From Octopus vulgaris (Eukaryota), in assembly GCA_951406725.2 (NCBI GenBank), contig OX597815.1:106888001-106952000 (forward strand): 64,000 bases of DNA. The letters run 5' to 3'. The notes beneath the pieces are model-generated. The model had not been told where the DNA came from. It made no database searches and saw nothing but the letters and a program-made list of their open reading frames with translations. The translations under genes and the position numbers were made by a program. Of this stretch, positions 24,400 through 38,227 are shown one piece after another; the first letter of the stretch is position 1; every line of letters starts with the position of its first letter.

Positions 24400-26210
24400 A
24401 ATAAATAGTGGACAGACACAACGAGTGCAAGTCGGCTCGCTGCACGAGAAGAACCTATTTTGTTCAGTGTTGAATTGTTGTCGTTGCAGATGGGTTGTCC
24501 CTTGTTTGGGGTCCTCCCTGGCGGTGTTGCCTATTGTTGGAATTGTCGAACCTTTGTTGTGTTGTTTGCTTTTGTTTTGTTTTCTCCCCCAGTGAGGGCG
24601 GGAGTGCGGTGAGCAGTGAAAGGGTTGTGGGCGCGTGTTGGGAATTGCGCTTCGGTGGCAAGTCGGAAGAATGTGACAGCTGCTGTGAGGCAACTGGAGG
24701 TTGGGGAAGTGCCTGTTGACTTTGAGATGGTAAGAAGTAGCAGGGAATTGGTCCGGAGAGAGGGGTCAAGAGGGGTCAAGATGAAGTTGGCCCCGCCCGA
24801 AGGTGTAACAGGAGGCGGAAGGGAAGAAGTGATGGTTTGTGGAACCTTGTCACTGACAGGCAGGAGGATGGAGGTGGTTAGCGAGGAGGATATAGAGGAG
24901 TGCTTGAAAGATGTAAGAAGTAACGTTGAATTTTACTGCGGAGGAGGAAGGTTTGGTGCGGCGGAGGTGCGCTTCCCTGCTGTAGAAAGTGCGGTGAGGT
25001 GCTCCACTGTAACATTGAAGGCAGAAGGGTAAGCACTCCTGCCAGCATGTCTCAAGAAGGGGGTGAGGATTGGCGGGGTGCTCCCCGAGATTGGTGAGAA
25101 TGTGGCTGCTTGCAGCAGTCTTGATGGAAGCAAGCGAGCACCCGGAGATGCTGCAGGTGGGCTGCACCAGGGAGTTGAGCTGGTGGGAGTGTGGCCTGGA
25201 AGTTGTGGTCCAGGCCGCCTCGTTGGACCTGCGGGAGGTTGCCGAAGAGATGGAGTTGCCAGAGGATGTAAGGTTGCGAGTGGCGGTGGGGGGGGGGGGA
25301 GGCCTCCCACCTGCTACTATTGCAGAGGGAAGGGCCACATTGGGGCGAGTTGTCCCCTTCTTAGCAGCCAGGTTCTGGTGGAGGAGGTTGAGGGAAGGTG
25401 CGGAGGAGATGAATGTGGAAGGCGGGGATGAGGGGGTCCGGGAGGTGCAGAGTGGAAGGAGGAAGGACGTTCCCCGAAGAACTCAAGGGGGGAGGAAGAG
25501 GAGGAGGGGAGGGAAGTAGGTGGCATGCGGGCGCCCACGCGGTGTGTCACATTGCAGCGGGCACGCGGGAGTGTCCCGGACGGCCAGGAGCCCCCGGTTG
25601 GACGTGCGCAGGCACGCACAAGCGGCCGGGAATCTTCAGATGGGTGTGCACGGGTGAACACGGACAGTTTCTGGATGAGTACGCGCAGGCGGATGCTCGG
25701 GAGGACATGCGGGCATTGCAGACCAATTGTTGACATAGGGCGTGTCTGACGAACTGTTGGACGGGCGAGTCCATTGAGGAAAAAATTGCAAAATTGAAGT
25801 CGATAATAAGAATTGTAGAGGTGGACAATATACGAGTACCAGGTATGGAGTGTATATTAATAGACATAAAAGATTACAAAAAATTAAAGGCAAGCTTTGG
25901 CGATGACGTGAACACACTAGGGCGGGAGGTAAGATATGATCATCTGCTACCTGTAATGGAATTTGAACAATTGACACCATATTTTATATATTAAGATAAA
26001 TTAATTAGATAAACGTTGATATATAAGAAAAGAGAAAAAATATAGTTAAAATGGTACTACACGAAAGTTGGGTTCGAGTAGCCATTACACCATCCATTAT
26101 ATAAATCCATTTCATTCATTCGTTAATGTTTTATGTCCCCATTTATGATGTTTTGTCTATCCTTGTTCGTTCCCTCTGAGTAGGACCCACAGTGGCCAAT
26201 AAAATGAAAA
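24400..26210 (+). mobile_element. Tx1/L1-like element retaining only a degenerate ORF1 (gag-like CCHC) and a LINE/SINE-type 3' tail
   Basis: GC-rich block containing CYYCRGKGHIGASCP. The ORF1 peptides align with 53830-54310. No RT motifs. The tail at 26151-26210 resembles the SINE tails at 459-518 and 28517-28575. Confidence 0.75.
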
Positions 26211-26559
26211 ACAGACGGCGAGGTACGCCGTTCAGGCCAGTCACGTAGACGACGAAGTACATCGTTATAATGTGGGATATATCAGTGTCGAGAAAGACGC
26301 AACAAAAGCCATATTCATATATGATTATACAAATTAGCTCATATAAACAAATTACATGATCTGTTATATAGTTGCGATCATACGCAATAATCATAATAGT
26401 TTATAATTTATGTAAGGAATTTTCTAACCAAGAGTAGATCAGATTATAGTAAGGTTATCAATACCACGATTATTTAATTACATAATTTCGTCGTTGTCCT
26501 AATTTTTAAGGTTGTACTTTAACTAATTGAAATTTCTTGGCTTACTGCATCAAGTATTC

Positions 26560-29024
26560 TTAGACGATTAAGATGTCATGCAACAAGCCTTCCTGAGTAT
26601 TTTTCCTTGATTATCACTTTAATTCATGACACCACTCTATATTTATTCACATAAATCCTATAAGCTTCTTTAGTCATCCTAAGATCTTTAGTAACAGCTT
26701 ATGTTTCATTTCGTTGAAGAGGTTCAGTTATACAGAAACATGTTTCTTGGTCGATTTTATAATTTCATAAACACAGCACATTTTTTTAAAGCAGCGAATT
26801 GTGTTGGAAAGAAGCCCATCGACTTTGACTGAAAGGAGAATATTTTTCCATTGTTTTTTGCCATTGCTTATTAACTTATTTCGTATTGCTTATGTGTGAA
26901 ACTAGTTGTAAGTTCCTATTAAAAGATAGTCAATGTTAGAAGATAATTCTTTGAGGCATAAGAACATGGTATAAATGAAGTGAGTGGCAAGTGCATTTTA
27001 TGAGAATCAAGTTTCGATTATTCAAACCCATTAACGTGAAGAGTGAATTCTCAGTGCCACAACATTTTGAAGCTTCCCTTTTTGGTCAGCGAAGCAGTTT
27101 TCAAATTAATTCGCACATCGCTCAAGAAGTTTTTCATGACTTCATGCAATACTTCAGCAGTAGATGTTGTTACGAGGATTAATCCTAAAAACTGTGATTT
27201 TATCGTTTATTGCAGCATATGCAGCACACAAATGCTTTTTAAGGGCAATATCAGGTGACTTGTCCAATATCAAGGAAAATTGACTGTTACTTGGAAGCAG
27301 TATAATTTTTTAATAAGTGCCGTGCATTTTCTTCTGTACCATTTCAAATTAGTTGCAATTGATGAAGGAATTCCTTTATCTATAAGATCTAAAATATTGG
27401 CGCTATAAATACTTGTATGACTAATTACAACTGCTGCAAACAGTAGTTCTAATTTCGTTATTTTGTTATTTATAAAAACTGTTTTGATAATTTGTTGTGA
27501 ATTCGAGTATATTACAGTATAACTTTTTTTAATGTTTAACGATAGGAAAATTGTTGTCAAAAATAACCTTTACCAAAACTAAACCAACGAAAACTGTGGA
27601 ACCGTTAACTCAGTTTTTTTTAATGTTTTTATGATACGTTGACCATTTTCTCATTGTATACATATGCATAATTCTGGAATAATCATTGTTTATTAAATAA
27701 ATACTTAATTTGTTCACATTTCTGCAACATAATTGGGTAATTACTCCCAATAACTTCCAGTTTTCTTCATTTTACTCGCTAGTTTCTACGTGGTCAGTCT
27801 AGCATTTCGTGCCCTACAATTTCGAATAAAGAGGATATATTAAAATTTTGCTCATCCCACTATTTTTAAGTTAGCGTGTTAGCTATAGTATAAATTTATT
27901 AAAAAAAGGAAACACCTATCACTGCATGGTTGGCGAAACCTATTCCCTGAGAAAAATTGTCGACAAACAGTACTACCAAAAGGATTTCACTCTTGGATTG
28001 AGTTATTCTGTAACATTTGCGAATATCATTACAATGTGCTAATTACTTATAATTATCAAAATAATTTAAGTTTAAAATAAATTTTAAGCAATATTGAAAT
28101 TTTGCATTGAATTAATGAGGAAATATTTAATGCTTCCTTGAATGATACGTTTGGAACATGTAACGGATAGCGCATTAGCAGTTATTGTATGATGTTATCA
28201 GTAATGAATGATTTATAATGCAATAGGGTTTAATGGGAAGTAAATGTTCGGGGAATTTCCCATTGCTTACTCTTCTCTATTCATGCAGATCTTTCATTTA
28301 ATTCAGTGGTAATTACAGTGCTTTCATGATATATTTGTATGATAAGGCGGCGAGCTGGCAAAAATGTTTGCACGCTGGACGAAATTCTTAGCGGTATTTC
28401 GTCTGTCTTTACGTTCTGAGTTCAAATTTCGCCGAGGTCGACTTTGCCTTTCATTCTTTCGGGGTTGATAAATTAAGTACCAGTAATCACTGGGGTCGAT
28501 CTAATCGTCTTGATCCCTTTGTCTTTCCTTGTTTGTCCCCTCTATGTTTAGCCCCTTGCGGGCAATAAAGAAATAAGAAACGTTAGCACGCCGGGCGAAA
28601 TGCTTAGCGGTATTTCGTCTACCGTTACGTTCTCAGTTCAAATTTCACAGAGGTCGACTTTGCCTTTCATCATTTCGGGATCGATAAATTAAGTACCAGT
28701 TGTGTACTGGGGTCGATCTGATCGACTGACCCCCTCCACAAATATTTCGGGCATTGTGCTTAGAGCAGAAAAGAATATATCAATCAAGCATATAGCGAAG
28801 CATATTTCACTTAATTTGTCAATAATTTTTACTGACTGGACAAAAGTACCATTAAAATGAATTTTCAAATAAAAAATATTAAGTAGTATGAATATTTTAG
28901 GTAGTCCAACATTTTAAGTAGTCCGCAAAGAAGCAAGTACGTGTAGCTCAAATTAAAAATAAAAAGTAGCGTGTAGTTCCGGAAAGTAACGTAATCTGCT
29001 ATTTGTCCTAATCTGGCGACTCTA
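26560..29024 (-). mobile_element. Decayed hAT-superfamily transposon (transposase remnant at about 26600-27560; one terminus at 29024)
   Basis: Minus-strand peptides KCTALIKK, FSLILDKSPDI..KHLC, SQFLGLILVTTSTAEVL and LILIKCTCHSLHL (hAT CxCH). Terminus TAGAGTCGCCAGAT with subterminal aagtag repeats. Confidence 0.78.
28344..28775 (+). mobile_element. Two tandem Nin/Deu-like SINE copies inserted in the hAT remnant
   Basis: aaggcggcgagctggca..gagttcaaatt..gcctttcattctttcggggttgataaattaagtaccag occurs twice. Confidence 0.92.
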
Positions 29025-30461
29025 GTCCAAACTGTTAAAAATTAGACTCACACTCCACTGCAATCAATATTTTAATAGATCAAATTAATGAAATTTTCTA
29101 AGCTGTTTCCTGCTTTTCGACTAAAATTAATTGTTTAGAAGATAATTGTTCTTATCACTACAGGTGTAATGTTTTCTTATTAAAATTTCTTGGTTTACTG
29201 TATCAATTACGGTAACATCCACTTTACTATTATCTATCATTTACCATTTCTGCTTTGATGCTCACGTACACACTCTTTTTCTCTAGAGAGAAAGTGAGAT
29301 AACTGATAGATTAGTAGACAGAAAGAAAGAAAATCAGACCTAGTAGAGAAAAGTGGTTTGATCAGTAAACTAGAATTAAAAAGAAGCGATAAGTACTATG
29401 ATTGCAGATTATTTCTTTCATGATGCACAGATAATTGATGGGTTTCTCGTTGTTTATTCAGATATACATCTGCTTTTACGCTACGCACGCACATGCACGC
29501 ATGCTCACACCTAAACGGACACACGCAACCACACACACACATATACACATACTCGCACGCACATACACATACACACACACACAAACACACACACACACAC
29601 ACGCTCTATATTTCTCTGTCTCTCGCTATCTCATTCTCTAACCGTCTTTCTGTTTCTTGCTTTGCTTCTCTCTCTAAATTTCATATAATTTATCTCTCTC
29701 CCCCACTACTTTCTCTCTTTTTTCTGTATTTTCTCTGCTTTCTACGCATGACTATCTCTCTTTACTACATTTTCTTATCCATCTCTCTTTTTCTATCTAT
29801 TTCTCTCTCTCTCTCTCTCTTTGTCTGTCTATCTTTTTTTCTCTCTCTCTTTCTGTCTGTCTGTCTGTCTTTCTCTCGTTCATCGCTCTCTCTCTCTCGT
29901 TCTCTGTATCTGTATCTAAATGTATTACCATATCGTCGAGTCATGGATTCTTAACACTACCTCTAACATATACCTTATCTATGTCCTACAACCCGCCTCC
30001 TATCCTACCCTTTCCTTCATATTTCCAAACTGTCCAGCTATAGCAGTAACAGCATTTAATAATACACTCATTATTAAAAACATCAGTTAAAACAAACGTC
30101 ATTAAGAAATGATTTTACGCTGATATAAATAAACAGTATCCTACAACTCTGACTCTCATCTCATGCACAGTTTTGTCCGAATATTTTATTAACCATTCAG
30201 TTCTCTATTGATTTAAATCTAGCAGAAGTCACGTCATTCTAGAGGTTTCATCTGTTTTGTTTACTTTGACAGAATCGATAGAGCGTCTGGTAAAATACCT
30301 TACGGTATTTAGTTATGTCTTTTAGATTTTGAAGTTATAATCCCACCGAGCTCATCTTTGTTTTTCATTCTTCTGAGGTGGATGAAATAAAGTACAAAAC
30401 AAGTACTGGGGGACATTTATTTGACCAAACGTTCCCCCTATGTTTGAAATTGCGATTTTCA

Positions 30462-30500
<39 letters not shown>

Positions 30501-32954
30501 TATCACCTTTAGAATACTACTTACACTAGCGTCGGGCACGATGACAATGACTCCACATATTCTATTTCATCAGAAGTTACCATACTACTATCTTTCATCA
30601 AAGTATTGGCTATGGTTCTGAATGAACGTCTAAGGTTCAGTTTCTAGATAATAACTTAGCTGGTGAGCAACTTGAAGAGTCTCAGACAATGCCCGATAAG
30701 ATTTAGACGCCTTTCATACATGCGTGTCAGTTTAGAAAAGGCTGCCATACTGTTGCTGATCACCTGATGTTGAAGGTCATCTGGACTGACCGAGTGTAGT
30801 AGTCAACTTGTCGCATAGTCACGAACCTAGTGATGTTTAAAGTTTCACACCCTCAAAGATGGATTGTTTTTAATTGTTGCGAAGATTCTATTCACACAAT
30901 CTTCATGTAAAAATACATTAAAATCAAGCCAGAAAGAGATTCTCTGGTTATGGTCACTCGACTTGATAGATATATATGCTACAATTTGTTTTCAAAATTA
31001 TAGCTTAATATATTTAAAGAAAAGAAAGAACATAATGTTTAAAGTAATCCTGGATATATTATCTGAGAGTAAGAACGAATGGTCATATCTGGAATGCTTT
31101 GATCATAGAATCTGTTTTATCAGAGATTACTTAAGGAATAAACCGCAGTAAATATGATAAAAGTTCGCAGCCCAGTTTAATAACACCATTTGACTTTTGT
31201 ATTCCTTTTGTGGAATTCATTGTGTTGCAAGCATTCGGGTTAGGTCTTCGGTCTCAGGATAATTCCTATCATCTTCCCACAAATCCTGCAAGCTTGGGAA
31301 TGGGTCATAGATGATATCCTTCTTCTGACTAGGCATAAAAAATATATAATTCCTCTTTTGTTCAGTGATACATTATCCAATATGGGCTGTCTTTTTTTGA
31401 AGGGGGTATGGTGAAATAGGGGTGGAAATTTGGCTGCTATAGTTAGTAAGTCGAGAGATAACTTATTAATTCGTTTATTATGGTAAACGGTAACGCCACT
31501 GCTATTGTTGTTGTTTTCGTCCCAGGATTAATTATTAAATTCTATGGACCTCAATTCACTTACAATTAGGTATTGGGTCCCTTAGGATTACTATCTGCTT
31601 TAGATAAGTGTCGTATCCCGGAGGATATTTTTAAGGTCTAGTTTTTACTGTTCAGTGTTTAAGGGATGCCTTGTATTTCGTGTAGCTCTTTGCATTTTGA
31701 TCAAATATAGTGATCTGTCTTAATCACGATGGGTAGAATATGTTTTGATGACGACGTCTAATAAGACTGAAACAGGTTCATTCTTTTCACCAATTAGTTT
31801 TAAAGGCCAAAACTCTTGACTTTATGAGCAATGTCATTTGTTAGTTGATTTTAAATTGGAAACGCTTGTAAGGTTGCTTTCCTATACGAAATTCGTAAGA
31901 AACTATAGACATTTTTCTCTTATGAGAGTTTTTTCTTTTATCATTTGCATCTCTATCTGAACATATATCCATATTTTTCCGTTCAGTTAAAACAGATTCA
32001 CCAAACACAACTTGGAATCCCAAATTTTTACAGATCACTTGTGGAAATAATCGAACAATACCGCAAAACGAGACAGTACTGAGATGGTAATCGAAACGGA
32101 CAAAACTATATGAAGCGAAAGAATACGTCGTATAATTGTGTCCCATTACTCACAGCCTTCACTCACAAGTTCTCATTTGTATATAAAGTAGAAGAATTTT
32201 ATGAACATGAATAAGATATAGGAAATGCTAAATTTTGAAAATGAGGGTGAAGCATAAAGTAGAAACTCGAGAGCAAAAATTTATGATACAGGCTGTCTCA
32301 AAATATTGGGGCACATTTTATCTCACTCTACTTAATAAATATGCTTGTCCCAGTGCTAGTTACTTCAGTTTGCGATGCATCCTATCATTATGAGACACTA
32401 TGTATAAACACAAAATTGTTAAAACATACCAAAAATATCGGTGTAGCAATTTTGTACGAAAATACCATTTTGTAGGGAAGGTCTAACGTTTACAATCCTC
32501 TTCCTGTATCAGTAAAGTACAGAACCATTCCAAGGTGGAATCGTCCATGTTAAACAAAATGGTTTGCGGTAATTGTCCCGCTTCTTTACGTTCTCTTTAC
32601 AGACAACATAGCTTCTTGTAAAAGAACCCCAAAAAGCTGCAAAAGGAAATTACCTTTGTATTCTTACATGAAAATTCAATGATATGCATAGAGCGTTTGT
32701 CATGAAAGTGTCGAGGAATTGTTCGTCAACATAATGACGTAAGAAGACAGTGTAATTTGAGGGAGACTTTGTCTGTTATTTCTAGCAAGTCAAACAATTA
32801 CATAGAATCCCCCAAGTTGTTTCATGTATTTTATTCGTTGGAGAGATTAAAGGGTATATTATCAACTGTGACTGAATCTATAGACAACACTACAAATATT
32901 GAAATTGATCTTAGCTATTTCCACTGTTACATATGTTTAACCTATCTCTGTCTG

Positions 32955-33041
<87 letters not shown>

Positions 33042-33366
33042 CCGATGGCAGATTACTTAGCATATGGAGTCTTCCCTCGGCACGATGTTCCACTAGTTGG
33101 GATATCCCAGAAACAGCTGTCAGAGACTATCTCCACCGTTCATTATATTGCTGAATTAAATTAAATGTCCTAGTTAACTCTTGTCAAATTGTTTGTCTCT
33201 CCTTTCTACTTTAACCTATACCTACTGGCTCAAGGGAAGCCCCTTCTAGCCGCTTTGGATAAGGCAGTCACAAAACCATAACTTCAACTGTCATTAACAC
33301 CGGAATTTTAGTGGCACACCTATTTGAGCACCGAGAGCGCATACCTATAGTGTGAGTCACTCCTTG

Positions 33367-33404
<38 letters not shown>

Positions 33405-33429
33405 TTATACATACATATATGTACATACC

Positions 33430-33467
<38 letters not shown>

Positions 33468-33485
33468 TATATATATAATGCATAT

Positions 33486-34400
33486 ATGGGTACAGGACGT
33501 CAAAACAAAGTGAACAAAATGAGAAAAGAGAACATAAAAACAAAAACAGAAAACGAACAACGAAACAAAAAGAGAAACGAGACAGGCAATATAAAGAACA
33601 TTTCCTTCATCAGTTGTCCCCTGTTTTATCTACTCCGCGTTTTGAAGGTAGGGACAAGATGCGACTTCGTTAAAACAGTCCTACCCGCAAAGCAAATTAA
33701 ATAAATTTGTGAAAACAGGACAGTAAGAACAAAACAGTAAAAACAAACGGTGAGGGTTGTTAAGCCATGATGAGGTGAGAAGAGACAGGTAAAAACATGT
33801 CTTGTCTTTAGGAAGGAAGTGGAAGAAAGAAAGATAGTTAGCCGTTGGTCACGTGTGAGCAACGAGAGAGTTAAGGAGAAGGGGTGAGAGAGAGGGGAAA
33901 TGTTGAAGGGGAGAGGAGAAGACTAAGGAAAGGGTGGGAGAGAAAAGCAGAAAGGAAGAAGAACAAGAGAGGGATATATATATATATATATATATATCTT
34001 TCTTCCACTTCCTTCCTAAAGACAAGACGTGCTTTTGCCTGTCTCTTCTCAAAGCTCTTTTCCAGCGTTCACCACTTCAACTCGTCATAGCTTAACAACC
34101 CTCACCGTTTGTTTTTACTGTTTTGTTCTTACTGTCCTCTGTCGTGTTTTTGTTACCACTTTAACCTTCAGCAAAAAATCACAAATACATTTTTCAATAT
34201 GTGACCGCGTGTGTATCGTTGGCGATTTTCTTTCTCCGTCTTACTTTCTTTTGAGTTTTTCGATATTACTGATGAAGAGCTCCGCTCAAAACATGAAATC
34301 CTCTTTCATTTTTTTCCTTTCCTGAGCGTCCAATAGCACTGTACTTATTCCACGCCTTCGCGTTGTTGTCTTTTCTTGCTTGTTCATGTTTGGATTGACT
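33486..34400. mobile_element. Penelope-like non-coding module with an internal inverted duplication (33717-33838 vs 33995-34138); second copy at 43133-43740
   Basis: Direct similarity to 43133-43700, an inverted arm pair, (TA)n flanks, and a decayed HHR at 34262-34300. Confidence 0.75.
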
Positions 34401-34403
34401 ATA

Positions 34404-34463
<60 letters not shown>

Positions 34464-34865
34464 ATTGCAACTGATCTTCGTCTAAAGAGATACTCTCTCT
34501 GTGTTTCTGCCTTTTGATTAAGATGATTACGATTAGTATTTTATTTTAAATAATATAGTAATTTTCCTCTTTAAGAAAAAAATCAAGTACTCGTGATTCA
34601 AAAATATCTCATAAAAATATAGGAAGAATTTCCATCATTCAAGTCCGCGGCACTTCGAAAGTTGTATGAATGATTAAGGGAAGAAAAAAGTAAGTAAAAA
34701 AGAGGGATGAGCACCAGTGATGCGAAGACTTTTTGAAGTGTCGACATTTTCAATTTGATTTTTTTCTTAAAGGGGGAAATGACTATTTCATTTGTAATCT
34801 TTATCATCTTAATCCAATTGCAGGAAAACAGACAAACTGAGTTTTAGTATAATATAGATATATAT

Positions 34866-34940
34866 ACCGGTTCTCGCCCGGTCACCGAAGTTAAGCAGCG
34901 TCGACCCTAGTTAGTACTTAGATGGTTGAACGCTTGGGAA
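34866..34940 (+). pseudogene. 5S rRNA internal fragment (pseudogene)
   Basis: accggttctcgcccggtcaccgaagttaagcagcgtcgaccctagttagtacttagatggttgaacgcttgggaa matches animal 5S at about nt 26-101, including the internal control region; both ends are missing. Confidence 0.88.
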
Positions 34941-35900
34941 GCAAGCATCCTTCTACTTTATGCCAAACCAAGAGAAAACTGTTCCCGTGGTGGCAAACAC
35001 TGAGAGTTGAAGAACTGATGTTGCCATGATGTTCTGTAACCATGATGTTAGCTTTCTTAATCTGCATTGATTTATAAATATACAACTGCATTGTGTAATG
35101 AGTTGCGTGCGTATTAGTGCTGACATGTAAACATTGTTTATTATACGTTAAATTACTATTAAATGATGAAGGCTGCGAAACGGCCGTAATCCTGATATGA
35201 CAAGTGGTTAAATAAATATATTCACCTCTCATACCTGACTGCTTATGGTTTATATACTCCCCATGAAATAATATCATCGATTGGATCTCCTGGGTTTCCG
35301 TTGCATAGAACTCTGCATTATACTCCTCCATATTGGATTACTTTGGGGTCTGCTAACCATGTCCGCTAGAGGAGCTTTCTTTGATAGTTACACGATTTTA
35401 TGAATCTTTATATAACACTACAAATATATGTGTAATCTTGATTGTCTAAATTGTTCAAAATTTCAATTATCTGATTTATTGGAGTTACTTCTCTTCTCTG
35501 TTGTTTCAAGTTTTCACATTATGGTCGACGAGCTTGGCCTGACTAATTTCAGTATTTTTCAAACTGTTCATCACTGATTGCATACTCATATTTCGACAAA
35601 CAGAGAAATTAATAGCTGAAAACTATTTATTTCTGTGGAAGATCAAATCAATACGACCGTTGATGAAGCGGTAAAAATGGTTAAACCATTCAGCTTGCTC
35701 TCCTTTTGTTGATCAGATAAAGAATACAAAGAAAAATCATGTTTAACTACAATATCTGTTGTTCTTGTTTTTAGTTTTGAAGTATGACTGAAAATGACTG
35801 TCTACTAACAGCATACACCTGGAAGTCTGCATTTATACACCCCACCCAAATTCTGTTTATTGTTTGTATTGTGTGTGTGTGTGTGTATGCAAATACCTTA

Positions 35901-35983
<83 letters not shown>

Positions 35984-35988
35984 GCTAT

Positions 35989-36357
35989 ATAAACACTCAC
36001 AACGCCCGGTCTGGGAATCGATACCGCGATCCTACGGCCAAGAGTTCGCTACCCTAACCACCAGGCCATTGCACCTCCACCTAAAGCTCCATAATGCTCT
36101 GGTAGGGGATGGTGGCAAACCCTGCTGTACTCTTTTACCACAACTTTTTCTTACTCTTTCTTCCTGTTTCTGTTGTACCTGTATTTCAAAGGGCCAGCCT
36201 TGTCACACTCTGTGTCACGCTGAATCTCCCCGAGAACTATGTTAAGGGTACACGTATCTGTGGAGTGCTCAGCCACTTGCAAGTTGATTTCACGAGCGGG
36301 CTGTTCCGTTGATCGAATCAACTGAAACCAGCGTAGTCGTAACTGACGGAGTGCCAC
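35989..36357. mobile_element. tRNA-derived SINE of a third family, with its head (35989-36081) on the minus strand
   Basis: Minus-strand A-box tggcctggtgg and B-box ggtatcgattccc; the body runs ctaaagctcc...gacggagtgcca. Confidence 0.75.
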
Positions 36358-36375
36358 GTAACGTAATGTATATAT

Positions 36376-36413
<38 letters not shown>

Positions 36414-37065
36414 TCATATTCATATCGGGCGTGAATATATGAACACACATTCATATCGCGTATACAAATATGCACACATCCATATCGTGCGTATATATAA
36501 GTGTGTGTGTATATGTATAATATTATCGATCTTATTGGATTATATTGTATATTCAGATATTGATTAATCGAGTGATTGATTGCTTGATTAGTTGAGAAGC
36601 TGCTAGAAACTATAACTTTGAGAAAAGAGATAAGCGAAACGAGGAAAATATTTGAATGAAGAGGTAGAGAGGGGGAGAGAAAAAGAGAGGTTGAAAAAGT
36701 GAGGTAAGACAAGTGAGACTGGTAGCCAGAGACAGAAAGAAAGCTAGAACCAGTAACAAATGCAGAAAAGGTTGGTGTTTAAGCAGTAGACTAGAATTAA
36801 AAAGAAGCGATAAGTACTATGATTGCAGATTTTGCCTTTCATGATGCACAGATAATTGATGGGTTTCTCGTTGTTTATTCAGATATACATCTCCAACCTG
36901 TAAAATATTTCAATAATTTCTTCTGAAAGTTAGTATTAGCAAAAATATGAGATGGAGACGAGGGGGAAAATAAATAGTAAGTTCGTAAAATATTAGAATT
37001 AGGATTCAAGATAGGTATTCTGTATATCACTAGTCCTCCTCAGCTAGTAAACTATTTTATATAAA

Positions 37066-37096
<31 letters not shown>

Positions 37097-37914
37097 TGTA
37101 TGTATGTATGTATGTATGTATTTATGTATGCTTTGTTTTATGTATATAAATATGCATTAATAAATGAGTGGGTATTTAATTAGAGTAAACTATTTCGTGG
37201 GGTATTTAGAATTTACAAAATTCGAGGGAACGTGAAATAATTCTTTTTAGGAACGGTGAAACGCAAAGCAGATAAAGCTATAAATAATAGCTTGTAAATA
37301 TCGTGTCAAAAATACATTTGGATAGAAAAAGACTAAAACTGCCTGTGGGACACGAACCCACATATTTTAAAGAGACTGTGATTTATAGTTCCAAATACCA
37401 TTCCAAATAAGAACTATTTCCCATAAAGCTGTATTTACGTAATAAATGTAGGTGTGTATGTACATGTTTCTGCATGTGTCTGTTATATATAATCTGCCAG
37501 TTTATATTTATGTGCGTATTTCATTAGGAAAAGCACAATGTGCTCGGAAAAGTTTGTTAAATCTCACTAGTCTAATTAACTCACAGTCAAATGTTACCTA
37601 ATGTAGTACAAGTTATGACTGCTAGCAGTGTGACCAGTGTTTAATTACCGAATATATCTTTTCTAGTCTACAGATCTAACTTCATGTCCTTTTGTTGCAT
37701 TTACTGAAAGTAATAGGGGGAACTTTACCGCAGTATGCCGGCGTCCCTAGTCAACAGAATTTTGTAAACATCTGCTGATTGTGATGACCAGTGAATAAAT
37801 ATGCATTAATAAATGAGTGGGTATTTAATTAGAGTAAACTCATGAATTTGAGGAAATCACTGAAGGCTTGCGTTTGCAGGGAGTGTTCGTAGACTGCCGA
37901 CCGAAAAGTTACTC

Positions 37915-37947
<33 letters not shown>

Positions 37948-37987
37948 TGTATGTATGTATGTATGTATGTATGTATGTATGTATGTA

Positions 37988-38163
37988 TGCTTTGTTTTAT
38001 GTATGTATTCTCATGCATATAGTTGCATATCTAAACATGCTCATATGTGAGCATGTCTGGAAAGTTTTACAGACTTCTACAGTTCCAGTGATGGATTGGA
38101 TCTGTAGTCTTCGAATTAGCTTTCTCCTTTCTGGTTTTGAGAAGCCTAATTTCTCAAGATTGG
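37988..38163 (-). mobile_element. Very short 3' end of the R4/Dong-type LINE embedded in (TATG)n
   Basis: Near-identical to 13665-13845. Confidence 0.92.
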
Positions 38164-38175
38164 CGTGTATGTATG

Positions 38176-38220
<45 letters not shown>

Positions 38221-38227
<7 letters not shown>

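Noticed and set aside
32288-32650. Possible further Tc1/mariner remnant, and similar TIR-like starts at about 46185 and 50950
   Set aside because: Too decayed; I could not confirm partner TIRs or transposase motifs.
37338-37400. tRNA gene (minus-strand gtgggttcgtgtcccac T-arm)
   Set aside because: Only the T-arm is recognisable; no D-arm or acceptor stem.
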